From Tubulanus polymorphus (lineage: Eukaryota; Animalia; Nemertea): a stretch of DNA of 64,000 nucleotides. Both the position numbers and the translations under genes were made by a program. The first letter of the stretch is position 1, and every line of letters starts with the position of its first letter. The notes beneath the pieces were generated by a model that saw only the letters and a list, made by a program, of their open reading frames with translations, did not search any database and had not been told where the DNA came from. Location of the stretch: contig NC_134025.1 of assembly GCF_964204645.1 (NCBI RefSeq), forward strand, positions 22,052,299 through 22,116,298, given 5' to 3'. This document shows, piece by piece, positions 12,566 through 58,625 of this stretch.

Positions 12566-14306
12566 AATAAACCATTTTACAGTTGCTAGCCGCCATTTTG
12601 TTAGGGTACTTTTGTCCCGTATTGTTGGGTCATTTTTTTCTCTTTTTTAAAAACTATCCGTGATGTGTATTGTATCATATTTCATCTGTCGATGGATGGA
12701 TTTTGACAACTTCAGCAACATTCAAACCGCGTGAATCTCTAGTTTTCAGTTATGTTAAAATCATTTCTCAAATTTACAACAATGCGACATGAGAGCGATA
12801 TAAAAATCGGTGGTCAGTTTTTGCCGTGCGCATAGAAATCCAGGGTACTGAACTTTGAAGTTCGTTATTTTCAGAAATAATTTTCTAAAAAATCCAAACA
12901 TTTCAAGCACTGTGCGCATAAATGCCCCCTTTTAGGTGAACTTTGAAATTTTAAGATATCTTGCCTAGTTTTTTTCCTATGGCTCTTTAACTGCAGCGCG
13001 TGTATTGTCATTCCGAGATTCGGCGCTGTTTTCTTTGCGTGTATTTCAGTATATGGGAGTTATTTCTTCATTTTCACTACACTTGTCTCTACGGAAAATG
13101 GTTTTAATTGTTGGTACGAGTATCAGGTTTAAATATCACGTCGTTTATGCAATATAATAGATCGGAGACATTAGAGATGTTGGGGTTTAAGGGATTTTTC
13201 TGACCAGTTTTAGCAGCGAGACTGAGCGGCATTTTGATCACGCATTCGAAGTTGCGCGCGGGAAGAGAATATATGGGCCTATATTGAGATGGAAGAAGAA
13301 AAGAAATATAGCACTCAAAATCGAGTATGATGACCATTTAAATCAGTAGTCTATCAATAAATTTACATAAAAATCTACTGAAATTAGATGGATGGAGAAG
13401 TGGTCAAAAAGCTGGACAAATGGGGTGGGGCAAATATTCAGCTACTTTCTATGAATACTTTCTATTAAGTACACTCAAGATTGATTAGATTGGGAAGAAA
13501 ATATAGGAAAACGTTTTCTTTTTTTCGAATGTCAGACGCAGGTGATAAAAAGTAAAAAGTGACATCTACCATCACCAAAAACGCAAGAAGTGTGTGGATT
13601 GCATTTACAACAAAAGAGTGATATTTTGGGTTTTCTTGGGTGCATGTACGTAAGCCTCTGCCTGCCGTAAAAGCGGTTACCATTACAGCCATTACGAACT
13701 AGCGCCGGAGAACGGAATACAGTATTAATGTTGTAATATTTAAACCTGATACTCGTACCAACAATTAAAACCATTTTCCGTAGAGACAAGTGTAGTGAAA
13801 ATGAAGAAATAACACCCATATACTGAAATACACGCAAAGAAAACAGCGCCAAATCTCGGAATGACAATACACGCGCTGCAGGTAAAGAGCCATAGGAAAA
13901 AAACTAGGCAAGATATCTTAAAATTTCAAAGTTCACCTGAAAGGGGGCGTTTATGCGCACAGTGCTTGAAATGTTTGGATTTTTTAGAAAATTATTTCTG
14001 AAAAAAACGAACTTCAAAGTTCAGTACCCTGGATTTCTATGCGCACGGCAAAAACTGACCACCGATTTTTATATCGCTCTCATGTCGCATTGTTGTAAAT
14101 TTGAGAAATGATTTTAACATAACTGAAAACTAGAGATTCACGCGGTTTGAATGTTGCTGAAGTTGTCAAAATCCATCCATGGACAGATGAAATATGATAC
14201 AATACACATCACGGATAGTTTTTAAAAAAGAGAAAAAAATGACCCAACAATACGGGACAAAAGTACCCTAACAAAATGGCGGCTAGCAACTGTAAAATGG
14301 TTTATT
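12566..14306. repeat. Long inverted repeat (foldback): ~570-bp arms 12566-13136 and 13736-14306 around a ~600-bp spacer
   Basis: AATAAACCATTTTACAGTTGCTAGCCGCCATTTTG... is the reverse complement of ...CAAAATGGCGGCTAGCAACTGTAAAATGGTTTATT. The arms match along their whole length with only a handful of substitutions. No flanking TSD is visible. Confidence 0.95.
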
Positions 14307-17300
14307 GCAACACCACGCGCGTCGGCGCCGTCCAGGCCCCGTGGGCGGTGGTTGGTTGGTGGTGTGTGTGATGTGGCCGTGGCCGTGGGTGAGGTGACTT
14401 GTGGTGAAGAAAAACAAGTTGAAGAAGTCGAAGAAGGTCATTTGATTTTTAGTTTAATATTTAGCCTCTCCTCACAGCTGCGGGAGAGGGGAACATTTAT
14501 CTTTCTTCATCAGCGCACCTGGTCTAAACTACTTAAGTTGGGAACGCTCTGTAAACGATTGAATTTGTTAATCAGCAATCGACTCACAAAACCTCGTGTA
14601 ATATTTTTGTATTAACCGCCAATTCGCTTCCATGTCGATGTTAACTCACATTCATATATTATTAAATGAGGGTTCGAATCCCATCGTGACTGCCGTATAT
14701 AGACCATTAAATGATGGATTTTTAAATAAATTCCGTGATCCGAATCACTAAGTTTATTGTTTAAAACACGATTTATGCATATAAGATAGTGGTTGAGATA
14801 GATTTGTTAGGGAAAAGATTTTACGGGTCGTCGGGATTCGAACCTATTATAAATAGGCTAGCGGGTTCACAAATCAAATTGGGTCGAATCCCATCATGTT
14901 TGCATTTTCCGTGGTATCTAATTAAACAATTTCGATATAAAATAGTAAACAAAATATTAAGTTTAAGTTATATTAAAACCCTTACATTATCTCAGAACTT
15001 TACATTGATTTACCAGATATTTATAGGATTCGAACCCTTTGTCGTAGAGTCACTGCTTATTTACATGCAGTGGAAATCGATGACGTTTTCACAGGAACCA
15101 GGAAGTGAAAGAAAAGGGTTTTTTTGCTAATTTAGACAAAAACTATCGTTCATTCGAGCTTTTACTGTCGATCAGAAGAACTGAGATGGATGGCATCGGT
15201 ATGTAGACTAAATGCATCTATTGCAAGTTAAGATTACTTCGTAGAATTAGGTGGCATTAGTCGTGATGATGAGCGCAGAGCGTTCTCTTGACAGTTTGAC
15301 ATCTCTGACATGCTGACACTGACAGCCAGTCAGAGGCACTAAGTCAGTCGCGGCACTGACATGTTACTGTTTGATTAGAAAGCAGTGGTGTCAGAAAGAA
15401 GTGTCGAGATAAAACGATACCAAACCCCTGACACCGCAGATCAATAAGCATGAGTACCACCCGTGAGTGAGCATGGTGAATCTGAATATTTGTAGCCTAA
15501 ATGATACTGATTGATAGGACTCCTGGAGTCCTGGCCTAAGTGTTAATTCTTTTCACTGAAATCGAAATGAGGCCTAACCCTGTATCATTGTAAAGTAGGC
15601 CTACTGATTCTAGTGTACTTGGCTGAGATTATCTCAGAAGTGATCGTAGATCTTAAGACTGGTCTTAAGTTGTCAGATTGGCTATATAACTGAGATGGTC
15701 TTAGACTGGTCTAAGTCATGACTGGTCTTATTGCGCAATTGCTCAGTTGAGACTTAAGCCAAGGATGGTTTTAAACCCGAAGACTCGTATTAAGTCATAC
15801 TGGCCCCAGTGCTATAGCCCTACCAGTCCATAGGGCTAGTAATTTACTTTTATCACAAATAATTACTCTTTCAGTCACTTCACTTGTATCGGCCTAGCTT
15901 TTATTTTTGGTTTATGTATTTTTCTTAAGATTCAATACCAGCAATTAAAGTTGACCCATCAATGGGTAAATTTTGTTTTCACAAATCTTCTTTCATTTTA
16001 CCATTTTGCATGATTCCTGTCTTATGATTTGAAACCATCTCATCTATTGCTGGAAAGTGTATTATCTTACAAAAAATATTTAAATTTTGATATTTAGATT
16101 ATTCAAACTCTACTAGACCTATCATCTCGTTGAGATTTATTTGTGCATGATATAATGACACAGAGTCATTAACGGTATAAGGAATTCAATCACTACGGTT
16201 CCTTCACGATGTTAGATGTTTTCAATTCTTTTTGACAGACGCGTTATGTAACTTCCCCATAACATCTAATCAACTCACTCCGGTCTTGGGTTTGACTTAT
16301 TAGAATAGAGATTTTAAAAACATTAGATTCAGTAACCGGTTACTGTACATGTAGTTGGCTTGCATTTATCTTATGGTGGTAGCAACACAGTTCCATATCA
16401 ATTCAATGTAGATTTACTGCACCTAGAAATCTATCAATGTTATACCAAGTTCCACGTTTGCTGTTTAAATTTGACTCTGGAGCAGTTAAAATCAATCCAT
16501 TTCATACAGAAAATTTGACTCCCAGAGTCCCATTGGAAAAAAATGAACAGTGGAGCTGGGTATAGTTTATTTATTCACGCAAAAATATTTTTTCTGGATA
16601 TTTGAATAGTTCATGCAGCAACGAGTCAAATATTGATACCTCACTGCGCAATAAGCTCTGGGTAACTTTCTGCACATATGTTCAAAGGCTAAAATAAAAA
16701 TGATACCTTGTTTCTCCTAATCGGCCTAGTCATTTTGTAAGCTGCAATAAAATTTGTATCAGTTCATTGCTGCCAGGTCTACGGTTAGCCTGATCAAGAA
16801 AAAGATAATATACAGGTTACGTAGGCGGTTGGCCGGGTCAACTTTTGTGCTCAGCAGAAATGAGAAACAATGTATTGATTTTTTCAGCCTAAGCGTCGTT
16901 TTGTTCTGCGTTAAATCTTAACCTGGATCTCAAGGTATATTAGGCGGCGCTTATTGCCAATAGATGAAGTGTTTTTGAAGTAGCAGTTATCTTAAGAATA
17001 GTTTTCGTACAAAAATCTGTTCATTTTATCCACAGAGGCCTGAAGCTAAAAGGACATTGTTCTTGTCCCGGGAACTGAATCTATTACACAGTGCCTGCGT
17101 CAAATACCATATTATTAGTCTAGCTGTGGATTTTATTGTCCTGTAGCGATCTCCCTCTTGGTAGATAACCATGGCAACAACCCACTATTAAGTCGTATAT
17201 ATGGATTTCAGTGAGCTTTGTCGACTGTTGAAAAAATATAGGCCTGCGGATCATAGAAGATGCATAGCCTAGGTTATCTCTAATGTTGTGCCAACCAAAT

Positions 17301-17761
17301 AGGCTACAAGCTTTTTTGAATAACTTGCGAAATTGTTTGAGATATTATCAAACTTAATAGGCTATTAGGCTACTGCCTACATAATATGGTTACTATCTTT
17401 CTTTCATTACTATGAGTATTCTTTGAAGTGTCGTAAACAGTAGAGTCTGGTTTAAAGAAATGTTTTTTTTGTTGGGCACAACAGTCATAATTTATTGGTC
17501 GGAAAACTGCTATAAATTGCATTTGCTTTTTATCGAATCTGGACCTGGAATTATTGTTGAAATCAATCGCGTACCTGTCTGTCTCGTTGTCGTCACCTCG
17601 AGAGACTGAGAGAGTATATTGATTATTCATGCATCACCGCCAGTCCAGACATATTCCGCGTCGTCTAGTTCAGCACAGCAGACGCAGCGGAAACGGCAGA
17701 TATGGTGGGCAATACGACGAACAATCCGAAGCCTAGTTTCTGTTTGCTTCCTATCGACGAA

Positions 17762-47730
<29,969 letters not shown>

Positions 47731-49587
47731 AAACGCAACTATTCGTTAAGATCTGAATTCTGCTACAGCTACTCAATTACATCATATAAAAATCAAGCCG
47801 ATATTCGAGTTTATCATAATTGTATAGGATATACCTGAAAAAAAAAAACCCATTTCCAAGCGATAAAAGTAGTAATGTCCATGTGTTTCGTGTATACCAA
47901 TTTTTTTGTCACGGCAAAAAGATATTTAGAAATCATCGTTATTTAAATATTCATGTCATAATAATAAGATATAAGTTATTCGAAGCTGTGCATTTATATA
48001 TAAGATGACCTATGACCTGTCTGTATAAGCTCCTCTTAATGTTCACGCATTATGGATTAATTGGAAGGCCTTACACTCGGGGATAACCATACGTCCAATT
48101 ATTTATACAAATATTTCGTGGTAATTTCTTAGAACTGATCCAATGGCCATAGCAACTCATACGCGGCAGTAACTAGCATATAAGTGTAATTGCTATGTGA
48201 GCTACTATCCTGTTCCCAGTTTCATGAGAAATATGAAGCTCAAAAATAGTTAAGTTTTAAGTTTTCATCAAATACGAGTAAAAACCTTTTCATAAAACTG
48301 GGCAGGCAAAGATCGGTCGGTATTTGAAACGAATAAGAAAATCAGAATATGCCTTATTTTACTGAATCTAAGCGTTATCTTGAGAATATATTTTTTTCTA
48401 TTTGCTCAAAAAATGAATGCATCGTATCGCCGTTAGCTGTATTGTAGTTGACATTCCATTCGTCGTATAGGTGTTAAGTCAAAAATTACCTACCTACCTT
48501 GAAAAAAGATAGCGGTCGTGTGATTGTTTTGTACTGTTTTTGTATTTCCATTGACTGGTCTCGGTGTCACCAGTTGAATATATCTATCAGCTGCGTATAA
48601 ACTTGTGCATGTAAAAAATCAAATACTTTACGATAATTACTCGCTGTATTTTCGTCATTAAACCACAGACCTCGGAATCTAAATCTCGGAAATTTGAAAT
48701 TAAGTAATTTCAACAGCCACAAAACTGAGGTCGATAATGTACTTTTGTGATGTACTTAAATTTAGTCGGGTCAATGATTGCCCGGTCTTGATTTTTTTCC
48801 CGGAACCATTTCGTTAAGCATGTGTGCATATCAATCGTAAAACTATAACCGTCATTCGTTCATTAAGAAATTGTACACTTTTCGCTTTCTAGTCACTGTT
48901 GATATATTCTCCTTATAGATTTATTTCACGTTCTGCAGGGTAGATCCGCGACGGCTTTTTTGACATTCTTCCTGAGAATGAATTATACAAAAGAGATGCT
49001 ATTGCAGGAGGCGAGGCTAAGCAGCTTAGATGTTCACAGTCTCTGTGCTTTCTCGACATCCGAGGTCAATTTCATTCAATGTGAAGTGTCTAAAAAATAT
49101 TGTCTCTCAAAAATAAATGCTAGGCTATATGGAAGATTACAAGAATAACACTATGACACTGCCGGAAGGCTCAAAAGGCCCCCCAAGGATCTGCCCCCAT
49201 TCAGAACCTATATCAAACACTATTACTCGGTTCTAAATGTGATATTCTTCCTGTGTATATGAATTCTAACAGCAGAAATCGTATCTTAATTCAATATGAC
49301 TTTAAATGGCAAGAGTTTAATTAGATCTTTCATAAACTTTGCTGAGAAACATCATCAAATTTATCTAGACAATAGTTTAATCATGGGTTAAGGGGTTAAT
49401 GTAAACTCTTTTTTCTACTGCCGAACGTCCGAAGTCGGTATTCATTCATGCAATACACATCAATAGTGCTTTTTGTCACTGTAGTCCCTACATATATCCA
49501 ACGACCAACAGAATAAATAACTGAATATATTTGTGAATAATTATACATCACAATTCATACCCAATAATTGTATTTCTGGATGAATTA

Positions 49588-49808
49588 AGCCATGTCTACA
49601 CCAGATGAAAATCAATTTACCAGTAATTGTTTAAAAATTTTAAATTACAAAAGTCATTAGATTGCTTCATCAGTAGTAGAACTTTTCATTCTTAATGGCA
49701 GATGGAAAACCGGTAGTGATTATAGAGGTATACTGTGAACTATCTGAACATGCTCAGATAGAGGTTCAGATGATTTGCACATCATCAAACTTTAGTGTAG
49801 ACATAGCT
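49588..49808. mobile_element. MITE with AGC(C/T)ATGTCTACAC TIRs
   Basis: TTA-AGCCATGTCTACAC ... GTGTAGACATAGCT-TTA. The TTA duplication is Harbinger-like. Confidence 0.6.
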
Positions 49809-50359
49809 TTAAATCTGAAAAATACAGTTGAGTCAGTGCTTTGCCGTTTGTAAAACCTTAGATGTTATGAGCTTTAAATTGTCTTATGCTCTGTAATGGT
49901 TACATGGGAAAATTGAAATAAATTGTTATACTATGAGATACTCTCACAACTCAAGATTGTTTCTTTTTATTGGTTTGGGATATCTGTTGATTGCAACACA
50001 GTCAATGGCCTAAACTCTACATTTTGAATGCTAGCCACCCGTGCCTAGAGAAATCCTTTTCAGTTCATCCCTTTCAGACCAATGTGCTCTAGACTAAATA
50101 GCAGACACATTGGTTTATATGTATCTACCTAATTACCCAGAACAGTTTAGTTGCGAGTTTACTGAACACAGTACCAGGTGAAAAATCCAATTTATTAGTT
50201 GGTCCAAACTAGATTTATGGCGCAAGATGCGTAGACGCATTAAGATCTAAGGTTCTGCTCTGGGTTTAGTATAAATACAATGTATGAGTCACTCGTCACA
50301 TTAATTGCGGAAATTGGAACTGAAAAAAAACTCATAAAATATTCATTGTTAAATTACTT

Positions 50360-53684
<3,325 letters not shown>

Positions 53685-54607
53685 TTTCGGGTACCAATCT
53701 TCTGTAAATGCTGCACAAAGTGTTAAAATTCGATCAAAATTAGCAGTAATGTTAAATTCATGTGGCTTCTATGGGCGCGGCCATGTTTTCGGTGGCAGCA
53801 CTGTACGGTCAGCTTTCTGTATTCTAGGATAAAGATCGTAAATCGTTTTCGTCCTAGGAAAACTTAGGACAAACCGGTATGATCTTTAATAATGTGTCGC
53901 ATATATATTATTTTCCATGTTCAACCGAGCGTTTCAAAATTATGGTTATACGCTATTATATTGTTTTCGTTCATGTCCCCAAAATAGATATTTTGTATTA
54001 CCGCAGGCAAGGACTACTGAAGGCAAAATGAACACAAGCCGTCACCTAGCCCTCACAAGTGCCTTGAATTTGGAATTTGTGTTCCCATCTTTATAGTTTC
54101 CAACCCATACGGACAAATGATCAAACCGGATTTTTCGGATTTAGTATTCATTAAACTTGGAATTCTTATGTCAAGGTTACAACTTGGAGCTTTAAACAAT
54201 GTCGTTCGAGACTATCAACAATTTTCTTGTCATTTACATTTCAAATTGTAGATTTTTTATTTACGCCACAAGAGTAATGAACAATTATCAGCCTTGTTAA
54301 CAATACTAAAAATCACTTGTTTGTCCGAATTTTATGTCCATGTATATTTAGAAGTCATGCTCTTGAATTTACGATTATGAGTTACGCGTGACTGGATTGC
54401 GCTCGAGCTAATCCCTGTTCGAAAACTTTCTTTCACGGCCAAATATATATATATATCAGCCTACATGTGGCAATTGTTCACCCTATGTTATAACGCATAC
54501 AGAGACACTGCGTTGGTTCGACCCTTGCAAATGTTTTGGAATTGTGGATATCTATAGCTTGCGTCATCTACGTACATTTTTTACTGTTTACTGAGTTAGC
54601 CTACGGA

Positions 54608-57600
54608 TGAAATACATGGATTCGGATAGCGAAGCCGAGGTCGACGTAGGATGGGACAAGAAACAAGAATCCATTCACATTACTGACCGCATGGCACGGA
54701 CTGAAATTGTGACAAGGGTAGAAAAGTAAGCTTCTCCAGAAGTCTCAACGAATTCAACTTAAAAACTAATACTGTCAATGATTCTCGTTATATTAGGTTA
54801 TGTTTCTAATCATATTAAGATATGTGAATTCGAGAGAAATATTTGTTGTAATCGTGGTATGTATAAAACTCATTTTCAATAGGGAAGGCTATACAAGACT
54901 TGGTAGTCGGATATATTTCTTAATCTTGATGTCCCTTACTGTCGTTTTCGCGATTTATGATGGACTGAAGAGCAATCAGCAACAAATCAAGTTTCACGAG
55001 GTAACCGCAACCCATAGTGCCGCTTCAACCGTCTCTCAGGGCTCCGCTTATTCGGGCATAGGAAAAAATGACTTCGCGTATTCAATAACAATTCAACCTA
55101 TTCATCTCGCTCGTTACATTTTGCCGCATGAAAACCAGGTTAACGTCTTATTCTCGCTAGAATCTGGTGAAAAAAATTCTTGTTATGATTTCTCGAGCAG
55201 AAAACAAAAATGATCTTGAATTCAACACAAAAGTTCCAAACGAGTGGGAGTATTTGTTTACAAATATATAACTTTTGAATCAGCTAGCCATCGTACTTAC
55301 CTATATTTTCCATCAAAATGGCATCAAGAAACTTAGTTTTTTCTTCTGATTTTCGTAGATATACCAGATAGCCCTATGCGTAATATCATGGATTATGATA
55401 TTCTGCTTATTCGACGCTGCGCGAAGATCTGCCGAGTCTCAAAGTAAATCAAAAACGCATTCAACTGAAATGAGTCTCTTCAACCGTATCAAATCACAGC
55501 ATCGTGTCAGTGAACCGATTTTAGAGGGGAAAGGGACCAGCCTGCTGTTCAGATTAGGAGGAATTTGTAAGTGCTTTGAACACGATAATCTGTTAATCCA
55601 GTGTCTATAATGTATATGAAATAACATTATAGACATAGAATAACAGACGGATTAACAAATTATCGTTTTTACACTAACTACAATTCTGATACGAGCCCCT
55701 GTGGCTTTGAATAACCTAAAAAAAGCGTCGACTGCTTCATGTTAAAAACACATGGACTTGTCACAGTTGATAGTGAATGAATAAAAACAATATCAATGAC
55801 CAACCCCAGTATCCCTGTATAATGAAAGAAATATCGTCTTTTATCATACAGGGATAGTGAAGTTGGTCATTCTTAGTGCTTTTATTCATTCACTATCGTG
55901 GCAAGTCCCTGTCAAAAACCTTACCGAACCTCGCTATTTTTCTTCGAAAATTATCTAAATATATAGAAGATAGAGATATCTTAGGTATGTATTTCGATAT
56001 TTTCATAACATGAAGTTTTTGCACTGGGAACCTGTGCCTATATCGCTTTGAAGATGGAAGCCCGTTATAACAACAGAATACCGAGTGAATGCTACCCGCT
56101 TGTTAGACGCACGTTTGACACCGCTGTGGCCGTCTTCATTCTATTCCAAACGATTCTACTTACGGTCTGTCACAAGGTCTGTATACTATGTCCTCTAATT
56201 TCTCATGTAGATCTTAAATTGATTGAGTTTTAAGTAAAAAAAATTTAATTCTCGTGAATAACTCTTTCAGTCGACGATGACTAGAACGTACCCGTCAGTA
56301 AAATTCTGTTCGGTACACCTACTGTCTACAAACCTCGCGCTGTGTATTTACTCTTATCTATTCGAGTTCACCGAGGAAAAACAGAAAACGAGTTTTCCAG
56401 GTACAAGAGCGGATCTTAGGAGTCTAAGGAGGGGTAGGGGTGCACCTGAACATTTTGAATGGACACTTACTTGATGAGGGCAGATTTGGCAATGCGAGGG
56501 CTTCATGCGCGAAACCTCAGTGGCCCTCCTACAGAAATTTATGACAAAAAGGGGCTTCTCTGGCTCTTATCAGGCGCCATTTAAATTTGTTTTTCGTCTT
56601 TTAAAATTTCATTTACAAAGAATATTTTCCAGACGTTTTTGGAGGGCACATTCGAATTTTGCAGGGGGTGGCCCACGAGGTATTGGGTTGATAAGTCCGC
56701 AGGGGTCCGATTCCAGTACACTTTTGAGTAAGAGAAATGTCTTTAAATCGTAGAATTTCACCCAGTTTGCAAGAAAATGTAAGCATCGTTTCAAAGGGAT
56801 CGATTTCGGAAATGTTTCTAGTTTAGAATTTTAAATCACTGTGGTATGAGCCATTTCCCCCATCGCTTAGATCCACGATGGTAACCATCAACGATAGCCT
56901 TTCCCTTAACATTTCGCATTTGAAATTTCCTCCAAACTCACACACCGATTGTATTTTTACAACAGGTACCGATGGCTCAACGGCGATCAATGATACATAC
57001 TGGACGAAATGCTACAACAACACGACCAACATCCTTGACATGAATGTGTTTGGTGTAACCGATATACGCGCCTATGTGTTTCCGCTAGTCGTGCAGTACT
57101 GTTTGTACGGCATGTCCGGTACTATTGCCATTCAGGTCGGAGCTTCGCACCTCGTGCCGGCAAAATCTGACGACGGCTTCGACAACGACCGAAAAAGTTC
57201 CCGTCGTCGCTGCAGTTGCTGTGTATGGGCCCCGGGGATTATCATCGGTTCTCTGATTCTGTTGCTGACCGCCGCCGCGGTCGTTCTCGTATTCTACGAG
57301 GACTTCGCGAACTTGAATTTCATAAAAGCGATTCCGATTCCGTACACGTTCATGATACTCGAATTAGCGATTACATTTTTCGCAGTGTTTGCCACCGGAG
57401 TTCTATACGTTTTCTTGAGGAATGTCAGTTTCGTAAAAGAAACGATCAGCAACCAGTACGGCGCGTTACTGTTCATCTCGCAGATTGCTGTGTACTTATT
57501 CAACGCTTTGATTATTCTCGGCGCCGTTGCGGCCATCTTAGATCCGGACGACGGAACGCATTTGCCCACGTTTTTCATCGTTATTTCAGCCGCAAATATA

Positions 57601-58338
57601 GTCCAAACCACTTGGCAAACATTCGTCATCGCAGACGGACTAAACCGATCTGCTCATACCGACGATCATAATAAAAACAAACCCGGTAGAAATTTCGTGG
57701 GTTTCGCGATTTTCTGCAACATATCGTTGTGGTTGTCCAACACATTTTGGTTTCCGAGAAAAAATGATTTTATCTTGCTCGAGTCAGCTTACGGATCTGT
57801 ATCTTGGAGATATATATTCGCGGTTTTGCTACCACTTTTGCTGTATTATCGTTTTCAATCGTCCGCCAGTTTCGCTAGTATTTGGTCTGACGCCTATAAA
57901 AAAACGGTTGCCACTGAAATTCCCCAATATCCACCTGCTAATAATACTAAAGCTCTTGAACCAGAGCGATCTACCAGCGCGGCTTCGACTAACCCTGTTG
58001 GATGGCCTTTTGGTAGACCTAACAACTCGATGAAATACGAAGTTCAGCCCGCAAGTACCTTATCTAATGCCTCGAATAATTCAGTTTCCAGGCTGTCGAA
58101 TAGCCTCCAACCTCCCAGAAAACTGAGCGCGCTTAGCTCGGTCAGAAACTCCCCGAGTTCTATGAGGAGAAATATATTTTCCGTCACAACGTCGCACAAC
58201 AGCGTTTCAGATCCAAACTCTAAAAACATGGGCGAAACGAATAACGCGTTCGCGCTCACAGAACAACCGACTATCAGGTTTGGCGGTAGATTTGGAGACA
58301 CGAATAAAAGATATAACCCCGGTACGTCGCATATCTAA
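54608..58338 (+). CDS. Otopetrin-family membrane protein (proton-channel-like, divergent)
   Basis: Exons ~54608-54717, ~54881-55138, ~55359-55567 (TSLLFRLGG), ~56016-56176 (FILFQT), 56271-56400 (HLLSTNL) and 56966-58338 (PLVVQYCL; QTTWQTFVIADG; KPGRNFVGFAIFCNISLW; AYGSVSW..PLLLYYRFQS). These match otopetrin signatures and there are multiple TM segments. The start codon is uncertain. Confidence 0.85.
55751..55910. mobile_element. Palindromic MITE in an otopetrin intron
   Basis: GGACTTGTCAC..GATAGTGAATGAATAAAA..ATGACCAAC..TATCCCTGTAT is mirrored by ATACAGGGATA..GTTGGTCAT..TTTTATTCATTCACTATC..GTGGCAAGTCC. Confidence 0.75.
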
Positions 58339-58625
58339 AAAAAAACTTTAATCAGAATTGCTCACATGTATAATGCTTGATACGCAATATTGCAAATTCA
58401 TAAATGTACGTTTTGTCTTTCGTGGGGAAATTTATGCATAAATTCTATATTAACATTTTGTATACAAAAAAAATCACGTAATGGCACATGAATAAATGTA
58501 AGTAAGTGCTGATAAAAGAAAACGTGTTCCTATTTGGTTAGATTTTGAAAGTCGGAATGTGCATGCTGTTACGTAGGTTTTCGACCCTGGTAGTATAAAG
58601 TCTGAATTAACATTTTCGATAATGA

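Noticed and set aside
13104-13867. Transposase ORFs inside the foldback
   Set aside because: Short ORFs without DDE, THAP or other recognisable motifs.
57216-58301. Overlapping alternative-frame and antisense ORFs in the otopetrin last exon
   Set aside because: By-products of the real coding frame.
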